Source of the DNA: Cocleimonas sp.
GTDB taxonomy: Bacteria; Pseudomonadota; Gammaproteobacteria; Thiotrichales; Thiotrichaceae
DNA length: 64,000 bases
Assembly: GCA_021647365.1 (NCBI GenBank)
Contig: JAKIUW010000008.1
Coordinates: forward strand, 19,070 to 83,069
Reading direction: 5' to 3'
Position 1 is the stretch's first letter. Each line of letters begins with the position of its first letter. Shown piece by piece: positions 40,120 through 51,150 of this stretch. Position numbers and translations under genes: made by a program. Under the pieces are notes generated by a model. That model was not told the DNA's origin. It saw only the letters and a list, made by a program, of their open reading frames with translations, and did not search any database.

Positions 40120-40425
40120 CTACTTACCGCCACCACCACACTCAGGCGAATCAGCTACTTTGCCCGCTTTTTCAAAATACTCATCGGGTGTCATGGTATG
40201 CAAAGCTAGCGCGTGAATTTGTTGCAGCTCATCACTGAGTGCTGCGTTGATCATACGGTGGCGTGCGATGAGCATTTTTCCTTCAAAGTCTTTGCTTACT
40301 GCTGTTATTTTGTAGTGCGACTCGGTGGCAGGGCCGCTGTGCATAGTGCTTTCATTTTCAATTTCTAGCACTTCAAAATTGATTGCATCATTGAGTTTAT
40401 TTTCGATGGTGGTTTGCATGTTCAT
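40120..40425 (-). CDS. bolA: BolA-family protein
   Basis: 101 aa, HYKITAVSKDFEGK, RHRMINAAL, and IHALALHT motifs. Confidence 0.85.
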   Translation of the reverse strand: MNMQTTIENKLNDAINFEVLEIENESTMHSGPATESHYKITAVSKDFEGKMLIARHRMINAALSDELQQIHALALHTMTPDEYFEKAGKVADSPECGGGGK

Positions 40426-40487
40426 GGTTAATGCCTTTTTAGAGATGTTTTAGGACAGCTTCAATAGTATTGGGCTTTCAGCGAAAC

Positions 40488-41465
40488 TTACAAGTCTTGT
40501 GGTTTTTTAGGATAAACAAAAAAGCGTTCAAAACTGGTTTGATTAAGCCGCTTTACGCTATGAATGATAAGCGCGATTAAAATAATAGAAAACAAAATAC
40601 GCGCATACAATATCCCTGATAAATGCGCGCCTAATAGCATCAATAACAAGGTATCTTCAATTAGGCTGTGACCTATCGCCAGTAATGAAATTGAGCCAAA
40701 CACATCCATTTTTGAGAGCTCACCTTTATTGGCTTCGTTAATCAGCAAGCCACCGCCATAGGTTAAGCCTAGTGTAATACCAACGATGGTGATGGACGTG
40801 GTTTTTTCGGTTAGCCCCAATATTTTTAAAAAGGGTTTGAGCAGGAAAGCAAAAAGTCTTTCGATACCACTGAATTTGAGCAACCTTAAAAAAGCCACTA
40901 GCACGGCGATAATAATAAAGACTTGAAAGAGCATTTTCACTTGGTTGATTGCCCACGTTAACAAGCTATCATCAGTGACTTGCGGAGGCTTCCATAATGG
41001 TTGGTTGGTTTGAGATAAATAATCACCAGTTGTGTAAATTTGATGCAGTATAAAACCGAGCAACAGCGCACCACCAATGCGTAAAACCAGTGTAAACAGT
41101 ACGCGCACGCCCGCTTTTTGCGCAATGCGAACTTCAATGGGCAAGGCATGAGCCAACAACATCATGCTCGCTAAAATAGTCACTTGGGCGACACTTAGAT
41201 TATCTTGATTAGTGTTAATGAAAATAATCATGCCCGCGTAGATATTGCTGATCATAGTTGTTGCCCAAACCAATCCCATTGATGCGGGTAGGCCGACTAG
41301 CTCCATAATAGGTTCGAGCACCATACCAATATATTTGATGCCACCGAGTTCTTGAATAATTTTCACGATGATAATGATGGGGATCATTATCTTAAAAAGA
41401 TTAAAGGTAATGGCTAGAATTTCTTTGATTAATGCGGATAACCAAAGAGGCAAAATTTTCGTCAT
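40488..41465 (-). CDS. Nucleoside-recognition (Gate) domain membrane protein
   Basis: Polytopic 325-aa protein with a Gate-domain-like pattern (GLPASMGLVWATTMISNIYAG). Family call is tentative. Confidence 0.5.
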   Translation of the reverse strand: MTKILPLWLSALIKEILAITFNLFKIMIPIIIIVKIIQELGGIKYIGMVLEPIMELVGLPASMGLVWATTMISNIYAGMIIFINTNQDNLSVAQVTILASMMLLAHALPIEVRIAQKAGVRVLFTLVLRIGGALLLGFILHQIYTTGDYLSQTNQPLWKPPQVTDDSLLTWAINQVKMLFQVFIIIAVLVAFLRLLKFSGIERLFAFLLKPFLKILGLTEKTTSITIVGITLGLTYGGGLLINEANKGELSKMDVFGSISLLAIGHSLIEDTLLLMLLGAHLSGILYARILFSIILIALIIHSVKRLNQTSFERFFVYPKKPQDL

Positions 41466-41569
41466 CCCTGTAGCTCTTCTAAAGAATCGGCAATAATCTC
41501 TCGGATTTCATCATCTTTATCATCTTTACCCGTCTCAAGAATAGCGATAGCTGATTTGTCTGCCGTCAT
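41462..41569 (-). CDS. Small acidic ORF (35 aa) translationally coupled on both sides
   Basis: MTADKSAIAILETGKDDKDDEIREIIADSLEELQG, not in the ORF track. Its ATG overlaps the upstream TGA (ATGA at 41566-41569). Its TGA overlaps the downstream ATG (ATGA at 41462-41465). Confidence 0.4.
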   Translation of the reverse strand: MTADKSAIAILETGKDDKDDEIREIIADSLEELQG

Positions 41570-42117
41570 GCCCAAGTAATGAAAGGCATCTGCACGGATT
41601 CGGCTGTCTCATGCTTGCTTAGTTCGCCAAGTTTAGGAGTCAAAGACTTAACCACATCACTTCCTGCAAATTCTTCGAATATCACGCCAATGCCAATGCG
41701 CGTACTCAGCACTGTTCCCGTATCACCAAGTAATTCCATAATTGCGCTAAAGCCAGATTCATCTTTTTGCAGTGCTTGAATCACTTTATCAACCTGTCCA
41801 TCGGATAATAAGAAATCAAAATCTGCAACAAGGCTTTCTTCATCCTTCGCCCATTGTGCGCGTTGTTGCAAAGCTTCAAGGGTTTGTGAGCCTGTTAGTT
41901 CATGCTTACCGATGCGTACCCATGGTACAGAACGCACCTTATATTGTTGCATTGCTTCGGGGTTTTGTTCGAGGTTAATGACTTGTAGATTAGATAACTC
42001 GCCAGACTTAATCATCTTCATCAATGACTCTAAAACGCTGGGGCAGAAGGCGCAACTGCTACTTAATAGCATGGTGGCTTCTGGGGTTTTGTTTGCTGTG
42101 GTTTTTTGATTGCTCAT
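41566..42117 (-). CDS. Thioredoxin-fold protein (CxxC)
   Basis: CAFCP redox motif followed by a glutaredoxin/thioredoxin-like VPWV...G pattern, plus a C-terminal extension. Confidence 0.6.
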   Translation of the reverse strand: MSNQKTTANKTPEATMLLSSSCAFCPSVLESLMKMIKSGELSNLQVINLEQNPEAMQQYKVRSVPWVRIGKHELTGSQTLEALQQRAQWAKDEESLVADFDFLLSDGQVDKVIQALQKDESGFSAIMELLGDTGTVLSTRIGIGVIFEEFAGSDVVKSLTPKLGELSKHETAESVQMPFITWA

Positions 42118-42186
42118 GGGTGTCGATTTTGCACTGCTTATTGTTATAAGTCATCTTTGTTGATGTACAAAGTTGATGAACAAAAT

Positions 42187-42216
42187 CATCATGTAAAAGT
42201 GGGGGGGTGTGCTTTT
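42187..42216 (+). repeat. G-tract repeat copy 19 (GTG, forward); supplies the gluQ C-terminus and stop
   Basis: catcatgtaaaagtgggggggtgtgctttt. Minus strand reads K-A-H-P-P-T-F-T-TGA. Confidence 0.9.
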
Positions 42217-43214
42217 AAATACTCTTTAGATAACGGTAAGGTCATCACTTTAGGAATATTCCTAGCATCCCAGTTCTGTAAAGCCCATTGCCACACATCA
42301 TTAAGCGATAAAAAATCATTAGTATTTGGTGGTTGTTGCCCTAAAAAGGCTAGTGCGAAAATCAGCGTAGCGCGTTTTTGATCAGCTGATATTTCAGGCG
42401 AAAGATTCTGTTTGCTAAGCTTTTTACCAGCATCATCAACCGCCACAGGGAAATGTAAGTAGCTAGGTTGTGAATATCCTAGTAATCGTTGTAAGTAGAT
42501 TTGTCGAGGTGTGTTATCAAATAAATCAGCGCCACGTACCACTTCGGTTATACCTTGCAGGGCATCATCAACCACTACTGCAAGTTGATATGCCCACAAG
42601 CCATCCGTGCGTTTTAGAATGAAATCTCCCACTTCTTTGTTTATATTTTGGCAAAGCTCTTGAGGGTTATTTGCAGACCCTGTAAAAGTGGGGGGGTGTG
42701 CTTCGACAGGCTCAGCAGAACTGCTTTCCGTATTGTTAACTTGGCACTGGTCGATAAAGCAAACAGGCTTGTCATCCGTCAATATACGAATACTGTGATG
42801 TTTAGCGTCTTGATTTTTCATTCCTTCTCGGCAAAATCCAGGGTAAATATAAGAATAGCTTCCTGTCGATGCCATTAAAGATTTACGCGTACAGCTACAG
42901 GGGTAAACAAGCTCGCCGAGCGTATCAAGTGCATCTTGGTAATACTTGGAACGCTGACTTTGATAGATGATTTCGCCATCCCATTCAAAGTCATAAGATT
43001 CTAGTGAGCTAATAATGGATTGTGCAGCGCCTTTTTGTTCGCGTTGTGTATCGACGTCTTCAATGCGCAGTAGCCATTGTCCGCTTTTAGTTTTAGCACT
43101 GAGATAGCTAGCCGTGGCGGCAATCAAAGACCCGAAATGAAGCGGACCTGTGGGGGAGGGGGCAAAACGCCCGATGGTTTTTGTAGGTGAGGTTGATGAT
43201 AAAGTGTCAGACAT
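42189..43214 (-). CDS. gluQ: Glutamyl-Q tRNA(Asp) synthetase
   Basis: GRFAPSPTGPLHFGS, RIEDVD, AYQLAVVVDD, EVVRGADL, and KLSKQN. Downstream of dksA as in E. coli. Carries one internal in-frame repeat copy and ends inside another. Confidence 0.9.
   Translation of the reverse strand: MSDTLSSTSPTKTIGRFAPSPTGPLHFGSLIAATASYLSAKTKSGQWLLRIEDVDTQREQKGAAQSIISSLESYDFEWDGEIIYQSQRSKYYQDALDTLGELVYPCSCTRKSLMASTGSYSYIYPGFCREGMKNQDAKHHSIRILTDDKPVCFIDQCQVNNTESSSAEPVEAHPPTFTGSANNPQELCQNINKEVGDFILKRTDGLWAYQLAVVVDDALQGITEVVRGADLFDNTPRQIYLQRLLGYSQPSYLHFPVAVDDAGKKLSKQNLSPEISADQKRATLIFALAFLGQQPPNTNDFLSLNDVWQWALQNWDARNIPKVMTLPLSKEYLKAHPPTFT
42679..42703 (+). repeat. G-tract repeat copy 20 (GTG, forward), in-frame inside gluQ
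   Basis: cctgtaaaagtgggggggtgtgctt. Minus strand reads E-A-H-P-P-T-F-T-G. Confidence 0.9.
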
Positions 43215-43284
43215 AAAAAAGGAGTTTACTGTGAAACTCCTTTTAAAACATATTTTTCTCTAGTGAAAGTTTTCTAGATAAAAA

Positions 43285-43734
43285 TTAAGCAATTTGCTTC
43301 TCTTTAATTTCTTGTGTGGTTTTACAATCTATACACATTTCAGCCGTAGGGCGAACTTCTAAACGCTGTAAACCAATCTCAATGCCACAAGCATCACAAA
43401 ATCCATAGTCATCGGCGTCAACGCGGGCGATGGTTTTGTCAATTTTACGAACCAATTTACGCTCCCTGTCGCGTGCGCGAAGTTCAAGTGTGAACTCTTC
43501 TTCTTGCGTGGCGCGGTCAGCTGGGTCTGAGAAGCTGCTTGCTTCTTCTTGCATGTGGTCAACCGTGCGGTCAGCTTCTTCTAATAAAGACTTTTTCCAA
43601 GCAAGCAGAATACCTCTAAAATGAGCGAGTTGATCGTCATTCATGTACTCTTCGTTCTTTTTCGCCTCATAAGGCTCAATTCCGTCAACGGGAAGTGCGG
43701 ATTTACGAGTGATTGAAGTTTTAGCCGTAGTCAT
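43285..43734 (-). CDS. dksA: RNA polymerase-binding transcription factor DksA
   Basis: Coiled-coil with acidic tip (DPADRATQEEE) and a C4 zinc finger (CDACG...CIDC). Confidence 0.93.
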   Translation of the reverse strand: MTTAKTSITRKSALPVDGIEPYEAKKNEEYMNDDQLAHFRGILLAWKKSLLEEADRTVDHMQEEASSFSDPADRATQEEEFTLELRARDRERKLVRKIDKTIARVDADDYGFCDACGIEIGLQRLEVRPTAEMCIDCKTTQEIKEKQIA

Positions 43735-43935
43735 TTTATCTCCTAGTTCGATTGAACCATTTTTATTGTTGTACTTGGTTTATCGAGAACAATTTTAACG
43801 CGCGCATTATACCTGAAATATCATCTGGGTACATCAAAATGATTTTTCTTATATTACATCACATGGTTTAGTACAATTTATAACCAGTTAGTTCATAATC
43901 TAATCTATTAAATTTATACGATAAAATCTCAATAA

Positions 43936-45900
<1,965 letters not shown>

Positions 45901-45916
45901 AACCACCAACAGATGC

Positions 45917-45952
45917 TTGACAGTTATCAGTGTGACACTTAATATACGCGCC
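45917..45952 (+). promoter_or_regulatory. Sigma-70 promoter of tRNA-Gly with GC-rich discriminator
   Basis: TTGACA (45917-45922), 17-nt spacer, TAATAT (45940-45945), then ACGCGCC. This lies about 45 nt upstream of the tRNA. Confidence 0.6.
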
Positions 45953-45995
45953 TCGTTGAGAAGGCTCTGGTGGCATGAGTTTTTGTTGATACGAA

Positions 45996-46070
45996 GCGGG
46001 AATAGCTCAGTGGTAGAGCATAACCTTGCCAAGGTTGGGGTCGGGAGTTCGAGTCTCCTTTCCCGCTCCA
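45996..46070 (+). tRNA. tRNA-Gly (GCC)
   Basis: 75-nt cloverleaf folded by hand. Acceptor gcgggaa/ttcccgc, anticodon loop ttGCCaa, T-loop ttcgagt, encoded CCA. Confidence 0.9.
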
Positions 46071-46142
46071 AATTTAGTGAACTTCCCATTTGTTTCTTTT
46101 CAAATGGTGAACTCAATTATGTCGCAGTTTTTTTGTGACGCT

Positions 46143-46172
46143 AAAAGCCGATCATTATTGATCGGCTTTTTT
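46143..46172 (+). terminator. Intrinsic terminator after tRNA-Gly
   Basis: aaaagccgatca-ttat-tgatcggctttt followed by TT. Confidence 0.75.
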
Positions 46173-46290
46173 GTGCGCGTTTTTGATGTAAATCAAAAGC
46201 ACTACTTATGAGTCCCTTTAGTTACTTTTATTCCTACCATTAATCTGGGATGAGTAGTTCTAAATAAGAATATTGATTATATTTTCTCTC

Positions 46291-46364
46291 GGCTGGGTGG
46301 CAGAGAGAATATGCAACGACCTGCAACGTCGATTACCTTGGTTCAATTCCAGGCCCAGCCTCCA
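46291..46364 (+). tRNA. tRNA-Cys (GCA)-like, structurally aberrant
   Basis: 74 nt. Acceptor ggctggg/cccagcc, discriminator T + CCA, anticodon loop ctGCAac. However, the D-loop (agagaat) lacks GG, the D-stem has 3 bp, and there is an A:A mismatch at the top of the anticodon stem. Confidence 0.55.
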
Positions 46365-46371
46365 AACACTT

Positions 46372-46405
46372 AAAGCCTTAGTATCGGGTGATACTAAGGC
46401 TTTTT
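46372..46405 (+). terminator. Intrinsic terminator after the tRNA-Cys-like gene
   Basis: 14-bp stem aaagccttagtatc-gggt-gatactaaggcttt plus a T run. Confidence 0.75.
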
Positions 46406-46420
46406 CATGCGCTAAAAATA

Positions 46421-46448
46421 ATCATGTAAAACTAGGGGGGTGTGCTTT
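46421..46448 (+). repeat. G-tract repeat copy 21 (CTA, forward)
   Basis: atcatgtaaaactaggggggtgtgcttt. Confidence 0.9.
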
Positions 46449-46449
46449 G

Positions 46450-46836
46450 CTATTTATAAGGATGCGCTTCATCATCTGACTTCCCTAGCGGAAACATCAT
46501 TTCAACTACCAGCCCATCAGGGCCTGAAACAAACACTTGGCGCTCACCCGATATAGGTACATCTTTTTCTGTATAGCTATAGTTCAATTTTTTTAGCGTT
46601 GTGATTAAGGTGTTATAGTTTCCGCCTTCAAGCGCTAGATGTGCGATAGCGCCACCACTGGGATCTATGTTTTTCTGCTCAGCAACGTGTATCAGTGGTT
46701 TTCCTTCACTGTAAAACCATGCGCCTTTAAAAGGAAAAGGCGGTCTATCGCCCGCTGTTAAACCTATCGCTTCTGTCCAAAAAGTATTCATAGCGTCAAG
46801 ATCAGTTGTGAGGATTAAGTTGTGATTGAGTTTCAT
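46450..46836 (-). CDS. VOC/glyoxalase-family protein
   Basis: 128 aa, MKLNHNLILTTDLD... with a beta-alpha-beta-beta-beta type pattern. Start moved to ATG 46836; the longer ORF reads through a repeat copy (KHTPPLL). Confidence 0.65.
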   Translation of the reverse strand: MKLNHNLILTTDLDAMNTFWTEAIGLTAGDRPPFPFKGAWFYSEGKPLIHVAEQKNIDPSGGAIAHLALEGGNYNTLITTLKKLNYSYTEKDVPISGERQVFVSGPDGLVVEMMFPLGKSDDEAHPYK

Positions 46837-46895
46837 GGTGATACCTTTTAAAGACAGAGTGATTAACTTAGTGAACTGTACTCCTCCGCCATAAG

Positions 46896-46924
46896 CATCA
46901 TCTAAAAGTGGGGGGGTGTGCTTT
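46896..46924 (+). repeat. G-tract repeat copy 22 (GTG, forward)
   Basis: catcatctaaaagtgggggggtgtgcttt. Confidence 0.88.
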
Positions 46925-46933
46925 GCAATAAGT

Positions 46934-47590
46934 TTATAAATGCACAAAAACCTTCTCAGCGCTTAAACGCGATTTAGGCAGTTTGGCATTAAAATCGTCT
47001 TCTGGATGGTGATAGCCAATTGCCATGGCGACATCGCATTGATAGCCTGCCAGCTCTTCTTTAAACTCTTCTGCGATCAAATCAATATCAATGCCTTCCA
47101 AAGGCGTAGCATCAATTTTTAAGCGCGCAAGCGTGTGTAAGGTATTACCAATAGCAAGATATAATTGTGCTTTTGTCCAATGCCCCGTGTAGCCATTTTC
47201 ATCGGTATTAAATTCTGCAAAGGCAAAGCCACCAAAAGCCCCTTCCCTATCTTCTGGTTTTATGCGTTTATCCTCAATCCCTTTATCAACCACCTCGGCA
47301 TAATCATCGCGCGTGTAATGTGGATTGTAGGCAAACAAAATAATCTGCGAGCTATCAAACACATGCGGCTGGTTGTATTGATGCTTATTAGCAAAGGTAT
47401 TATTCATACGCGCCTTTGCTGCATCACTTTCAATAGTTATAAACTTCCACGGTTGTGAGTTGATGGATGAGGCTGACAAACGCATCGCCTCATAAAGTAC
47501 ATCAAGATCCTCTTGCGAGACCTTTCTTGATGCATCATATTTTTTTGTGGTGTGTCTCCAAGTGAGATCATCAATAATGGGGTGTGTCAT
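46934..47590 (-). CDS. NAD(P)H nitroreductase family protein
   Basis: 218 aa, RHTTKKY N-terminus, SSINSQPWKF, and a nitroreductase-fold pattern. Confidence 0.8.
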   Translation of the reverse strand: MTHPIIDDLTWRHTTKKYDASRKVSQEDLDVLYEAMRLSASSINSQPWKFITIESDAAKARMNNTFANKHQYNQPHVFDSSQIILFAYNPHYTRDDYAEVVDKGIEDKRIKPEDREGAFGGFAFAEFNTDENGYTGHWTKAQLYLAIGNTLHTLARLKIDATPLEGIDIDLIAEEFKEELAGYQCDVAMAIGYHHPEDDFNAKLPKSRLSAEKVFVHL

Positions 47591-47613
47591 TTGCTTATTC
47601 CTTTATAAAGAGC

Positions 47614-48165
47614 TTATTCAAAATGGCTATCAAGGTGCTTGGTGTACGCAGGCTCAATCCAACGGGTATCGCCAGCAATCACGTCACCTACGTGAAAAGT
47701 TGGGATTTGATTGCGAATACTGAGGTAGTTATTCGTCATAATCAAGGGCTGCATAATGTCATCAATATGCGGCGCATCTTTTAGCACCGCGCCTTTACCA
47801 AGGTCGCTACTTTTCATATTGGATGTTGTGACAATCATAAAGTTATCCGCAGGCACTTGCCCGCCTTCGCCATATTCTTCTGTGATGATAAATGTTTCTT
47901 TATACAGTAATACCTCACCCAACCATTTCACCATGGGTGCGGGCATATTGAACCACATGATCGGCGTAATATAGATAATTGTGTCTGCCCACAAAAGCTT
48001 GGCGACTTCTCTATCCACATCCCAAGTATCTTTTGTTACATCAGAGTTTTTTACCGTATGACCTTTTTCTGTCAGGTTCTTCTCCGTCATAAAAGCAAAA
48101 AAACCATTCAACTGTCCCTTTGCATCAAAAATGGAGTAACCCGCAGTAACGACTAAAATATTCAT
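47614..48165 (-). CDS. Flavodoxin-like NAD(P)H quinone oxidoreductase (MdaB-like)
   Basis: Collinear with my memory of E. coli MdaB (NIL...NG...GQLN, LWAD..I...P.WW...P...K). Confidence 0.65.
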   Translation of the reverse strand: MNILVVTAGYSIFDAKGQLNGFFAFMTEKNLTEKGHTVKNSDVTKDTWDVDREVAKLLWADTIIYITPIMWFNMPAPMVKWLGEVLLYKETFIITEEYGEGGQVPADNFMIVTTSNMKSSDLGKGAVLKDAPHIDDIMQPLIMTNNYLSIRNQIPTFHVGDVIAGDTRWIEPAYTKHLDSHFE

Positions 48166-48298
48166 AATTCTTCTCTTTTTGTTTTCGACTTGGTAAATAC
48201 TATAGACACTTCACCCACGTTTTATAATAGTGTAAAATATAAAATAACTATTCAGTATTTCTAAATAATAGAGTGATTAATTACTTCAAGAGATTTCT

Positions 48299-49231
48299 AT
48301 GGATAAATTAGGCGACATGGATTTATTCGTTCGCGTGGTTAAAAATGGCGGGCTTGCAGTCGCTGGTCGCGAAGTGGGCTTATCCCCTGCCAGTATGAGT
48401 GCGCGCATGAACGCACTAGAAGCGCGCTACAATACGCGGCTGTTAAACAGAAGCACTCGGCATGTCTCATTAACAGAAACTGGTCAGCAATTTTATGAAG
48501 CTTGTTTGAATATACTGGCAGATATGAGCGAGGTCGAATCTCAAATTCTTGGATCACAAGAATGTCTCACAGGCTCATTACGCATTACCGCACCCTCTGA
48601 TATGGGGCAACAGCACATCATGCCGGTACTTTCTAAGTTTGTAAAAGACAATCCTGAAATCACCCCACACCTTCATCTAACTGATGGTATCGTCAATATT
48701 ACCGAAGAAGGTTTTGACTGCGCCATACGCTATGGCGATCTACCCGACAGCTCGCTAGTTGCAAGAAAACTGGCGTCCAATCATCGTGTGCTTTGTGCAT
48801 CCCCAAAATATTTAAAACGAAAAGGAATCCCAAAAACACCTCAAGAACTGACTAATCACGACTGCCTAACCATGACCAGAGGAACAGAACCTTTAAGCAA
48901 CTGGCACTTTCAAACAAATAACAGACTAGAAAGCATCGCCATCAAAGCAGCACGCTCAAGCAATGATGGCGCGGTTGTAAGACAATGGGCGTTAGAAGGC
49001 GCAGGAATAGCATTGAAATCATATCTTGAAGTAGCAGAAGATATTAAAGCCAAGCGATTAAACATTGTTTTAGAAGAGTTTATGCCTGACTTTAATAAAG
49101 GAAAATCTACCAAAGACAAATCCACAAGTGCAGGCCTACATATCATTTATCCTAGTCGACAATATCTACCCAAACGTGTCAAAGCTTTTATAAATGTATT
49201 ATTAGCGCATTTCGACTCATTGAAGGTATAA
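48299..49231 (+). CDS. LysR-family transcriptional regulator
   Basis: N-terminal wHTH (FVRVVKNGGLAVAGREVGLSPASMSARMNALE) plus a LysR substrate domain. Divergent from the oxidoreductase genes. Confidence 0.9.
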   Translation: MDKLGDMDLFVRVVKNGGLAVAGREVGLSPASMSARMNALEARYNTRLLNRSTRHVSLTETGQQFYEACLNILADMSEVESQILGSQECLTGSLRITAPSDMGQQHIMPVLSKFVKDNPEITPHLHLTDGIVNITEEGFDCAIRYGDLPDSSLVARKLASNHRVLCASPKYLKRKGIPKTPQELTNHDCLTMTRGTEPLSNWHFQTNNRLESIAIKAARSSNDGAVVRQWALEGAGIALKSYLEVAEDIKAKRLNIVLEEFMPDFNKGKSTKDKSTSAGLHIIYPSRQYLPKRVKAFINVLLAHFDSLKV

Positions 49232-49237
49232 ATAGAC

Positions 49238-49267
49238 AAAAGCACACCCCCCCACTTTTACATGATG
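49238..49267 (-). repeat. G-tract repeat copy 23 (GTG, reverse); the only reverse singleton
   Basis: aaaagcacacccccccacttttacatgatg. A possible decayed forward partner lies at about 49275-49305 (atcatgt...aaaactag). Confidence 0.88.
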
Positions 49268-49354
49268 ATTAATAATCATGTTATTCGTAAAATAAAACTA
49301 GCATCATCAAGCAGATTTTATTATTCTACGCGCTCTCGGAAGTTAGCGAGAAAT

Positions 49355-49444
49355 GGAGAGGTGACTGAGTGGCCGAAAGTACCGGTTTTGAAAACCGGCG
49401 ACGGGTTAAACCGTCCCAGGGTTCGAATCCCTGCCTCTCCGCCA
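49355..49444 (+). tRNA. tRNA-Ser (UGA)
   Basis: 90-nt class II tRNA. Acceptor ggagagg/cctctcc, anticodon loop ttTGAaa, long variable arm, T-loop ttcgaat, CCA. Confidence 0.9.
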
Positions 49445-49476
49445 TTACATAGTTCTAGGAAGTCCCAGAACGTACT

Positions 49477-49502
49477 AAAACCCGCATTCTAGCGGGTTTT
49501 TT
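49477..49502 (+). terminator. Intrinsic terminator after tRNA-Ser
   Basis: aaaacccgc-attcta-gcgggtttt plus TT. Confidence 0.7.
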
Positions 49503-49552
49503 GTGCCTATCTATCCTTGTTTGCCCCAGCGCATCCCTTGATATACCCGCAA

Positions 49553-49918
49553 ATGAAGCTTAAAGACATTAAAATAAAGAACTCAAAGCCTAAAGATAAG
49601 GCTTATAAGCTTATGGATGGTGTTGGGCTTTACTAGCTTGTTAATAAAACGGGCGGTAAATACTGGAGATATAACTATCGTTTCATGGGAAAGCATAAGC
49701 CCCTTTCTATTGGCGTATACCCTGATATTTCACTTAGAAAAGCTAGAGACTTACATCATCAAGCTAAAAGGCTTCTAGCTGATGGAATCGACCCCACCCA
49801 AAAAAAGCAACTTGAGAAGTCCTTAAAGATAGAGCAATCACAAAATAGCTTTAAAGCTATAGCTCTTGAATGGATTGAGAGACAACGCCCCACATGCTTA
49901 TTAACACTCAAACAATAG
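49553..49918 (+). pseudogene. P4-type tyrosine integrase remnant (N-terminal arm-binding region only)
   Basis: MKLKDIKIKNSKPKDKAYKLMDGVGLY*LVNKTGGKYWRYNYRF..LSIGVYPDISLRKARD matches the integrase N-terminal (DUF4102-type) pattern. There is an in-frame TAG at 49634-49636, and the catalytic domain is missing. Confidence 0.8.
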
Positions 49919-49920
49919 AT

Positions 49921-50887
49921 AAGCCGATACTAGTACTTTGTTACAACATCACGCTAGCAGCTCATTTACGCCAGATAATGATTTAAAGTAAATGTTTACC
50001 ATTTCATGGTTGGTGTGGAGAACAGTTAAGACTTTACAATATTGATAAGCCAAAAGAGAAAGGAGTAAAACAATACACCGATAAGCTTGTAGAAACTGTT
50101 ATTAATTCAACTGAAACAGGCCATATTGCCCAAAGGGCAATATGGCGCTATCATGATTGATGAAGGTCACGACTTTCAATCAAACTTATCTCAAGCATGA
50201 TTAACCCAGAGACTGATTCATTATTGTTACTCTATGACGATGCACAGTCACTCTACAATAAGAACAAGCTGTCTAGCGTTGTATTTTCAAGCAAGAGGTA
50301 GAACAACTATTCTACGTGTTAATTACCGCAATACCGATAAAATCATCAACATCGCCTACCGTTTTGCTGAAAAATATTTTAAAACCAAAGAAAGCGATGA
50401 AGATCATATTCCTTTAATCAGACCAAAAACAGGAGATCGAAAAGGAAAAGCGCCCTCTATAGGTTTATATGAAAATTTTAAAGAAGATAATTAAACGCAT
50501 TATTTTTTGTGTTTAATTATCTTCATAAAAGCCAAGGTTATGCTTGGTCGGATATGTGTATCACCTACCCGAAAAAATATTTAGGTGAAAAGATTCAACT
50601 TGCCTTATCAATGAAGGTATTCCCAGACAGTGGCCAAAGAACCCGCAACATAAAAAGCAATATGATTCGTCTGCATACTCTGTAACAATGCATAGTAGCA
50701 AAGGCTTAGAATTCCCCATTGTGCTGTTTCATGTGCGGGTATTCCGTCATACAAAAATGCTAAACAAGCGGATGAAGCAAAGCTTTTATATGTGGCTATG
50801 ACACGTTCTACTGACAAGTTATTAATTACTAATTATAAAGAAAGTGAGTTGTTTAATGAGCTTTCTGCAATAGAAAAAACGGACTAG
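49921..50887 (+). pseudogene. Superfamily-1 (UvrD-like) helicase remnant with multiple frameshifts
   Basis: Fragments in three frames: KPILVLCYNITLAAHLRQ, YGAIMIDEGHDFQ, LLYDDAQSLY, RTTILRVNYRNTDKI, HSSKGLEFPIV, and LLYVAMTRSTDKLLI. Confidence 0.75.
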
Positions 50888-50968
50888 AAATAGTTTAACC
50901 ATTGCGACAAGACAAACAAATTACTGTGATGGTGAATATACATGCTATTTATTTTTAACTCGAAATAA

Positions 50969-51055
50969 TGGTGCCCAGGGCCGGAATCGAACCGGCACGG
51001 TGTTGCCACCGAGGGATTTTAAGTCCCTTGCGTCTACCAATTTCGCCACCTGGGC
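50969..51055 (-). tRNA. tRNA-Leu (UAA)
   Basis: 87-nt class II tRNA on the minus strand. Acceptor gcccagg/cctgggc, anticodon loop ctTAAaa, CCA encoded. Confidence 0.88.
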
Positions 51056-51150
51056 ATATTACTTAGATGGTCTTTTTAAATATCATTTACAAACAATTCA
51101 AAAAAAGGTAGACAATTTTAAACTGTGCAGTTGTCTGCGGTTGTAAATAA

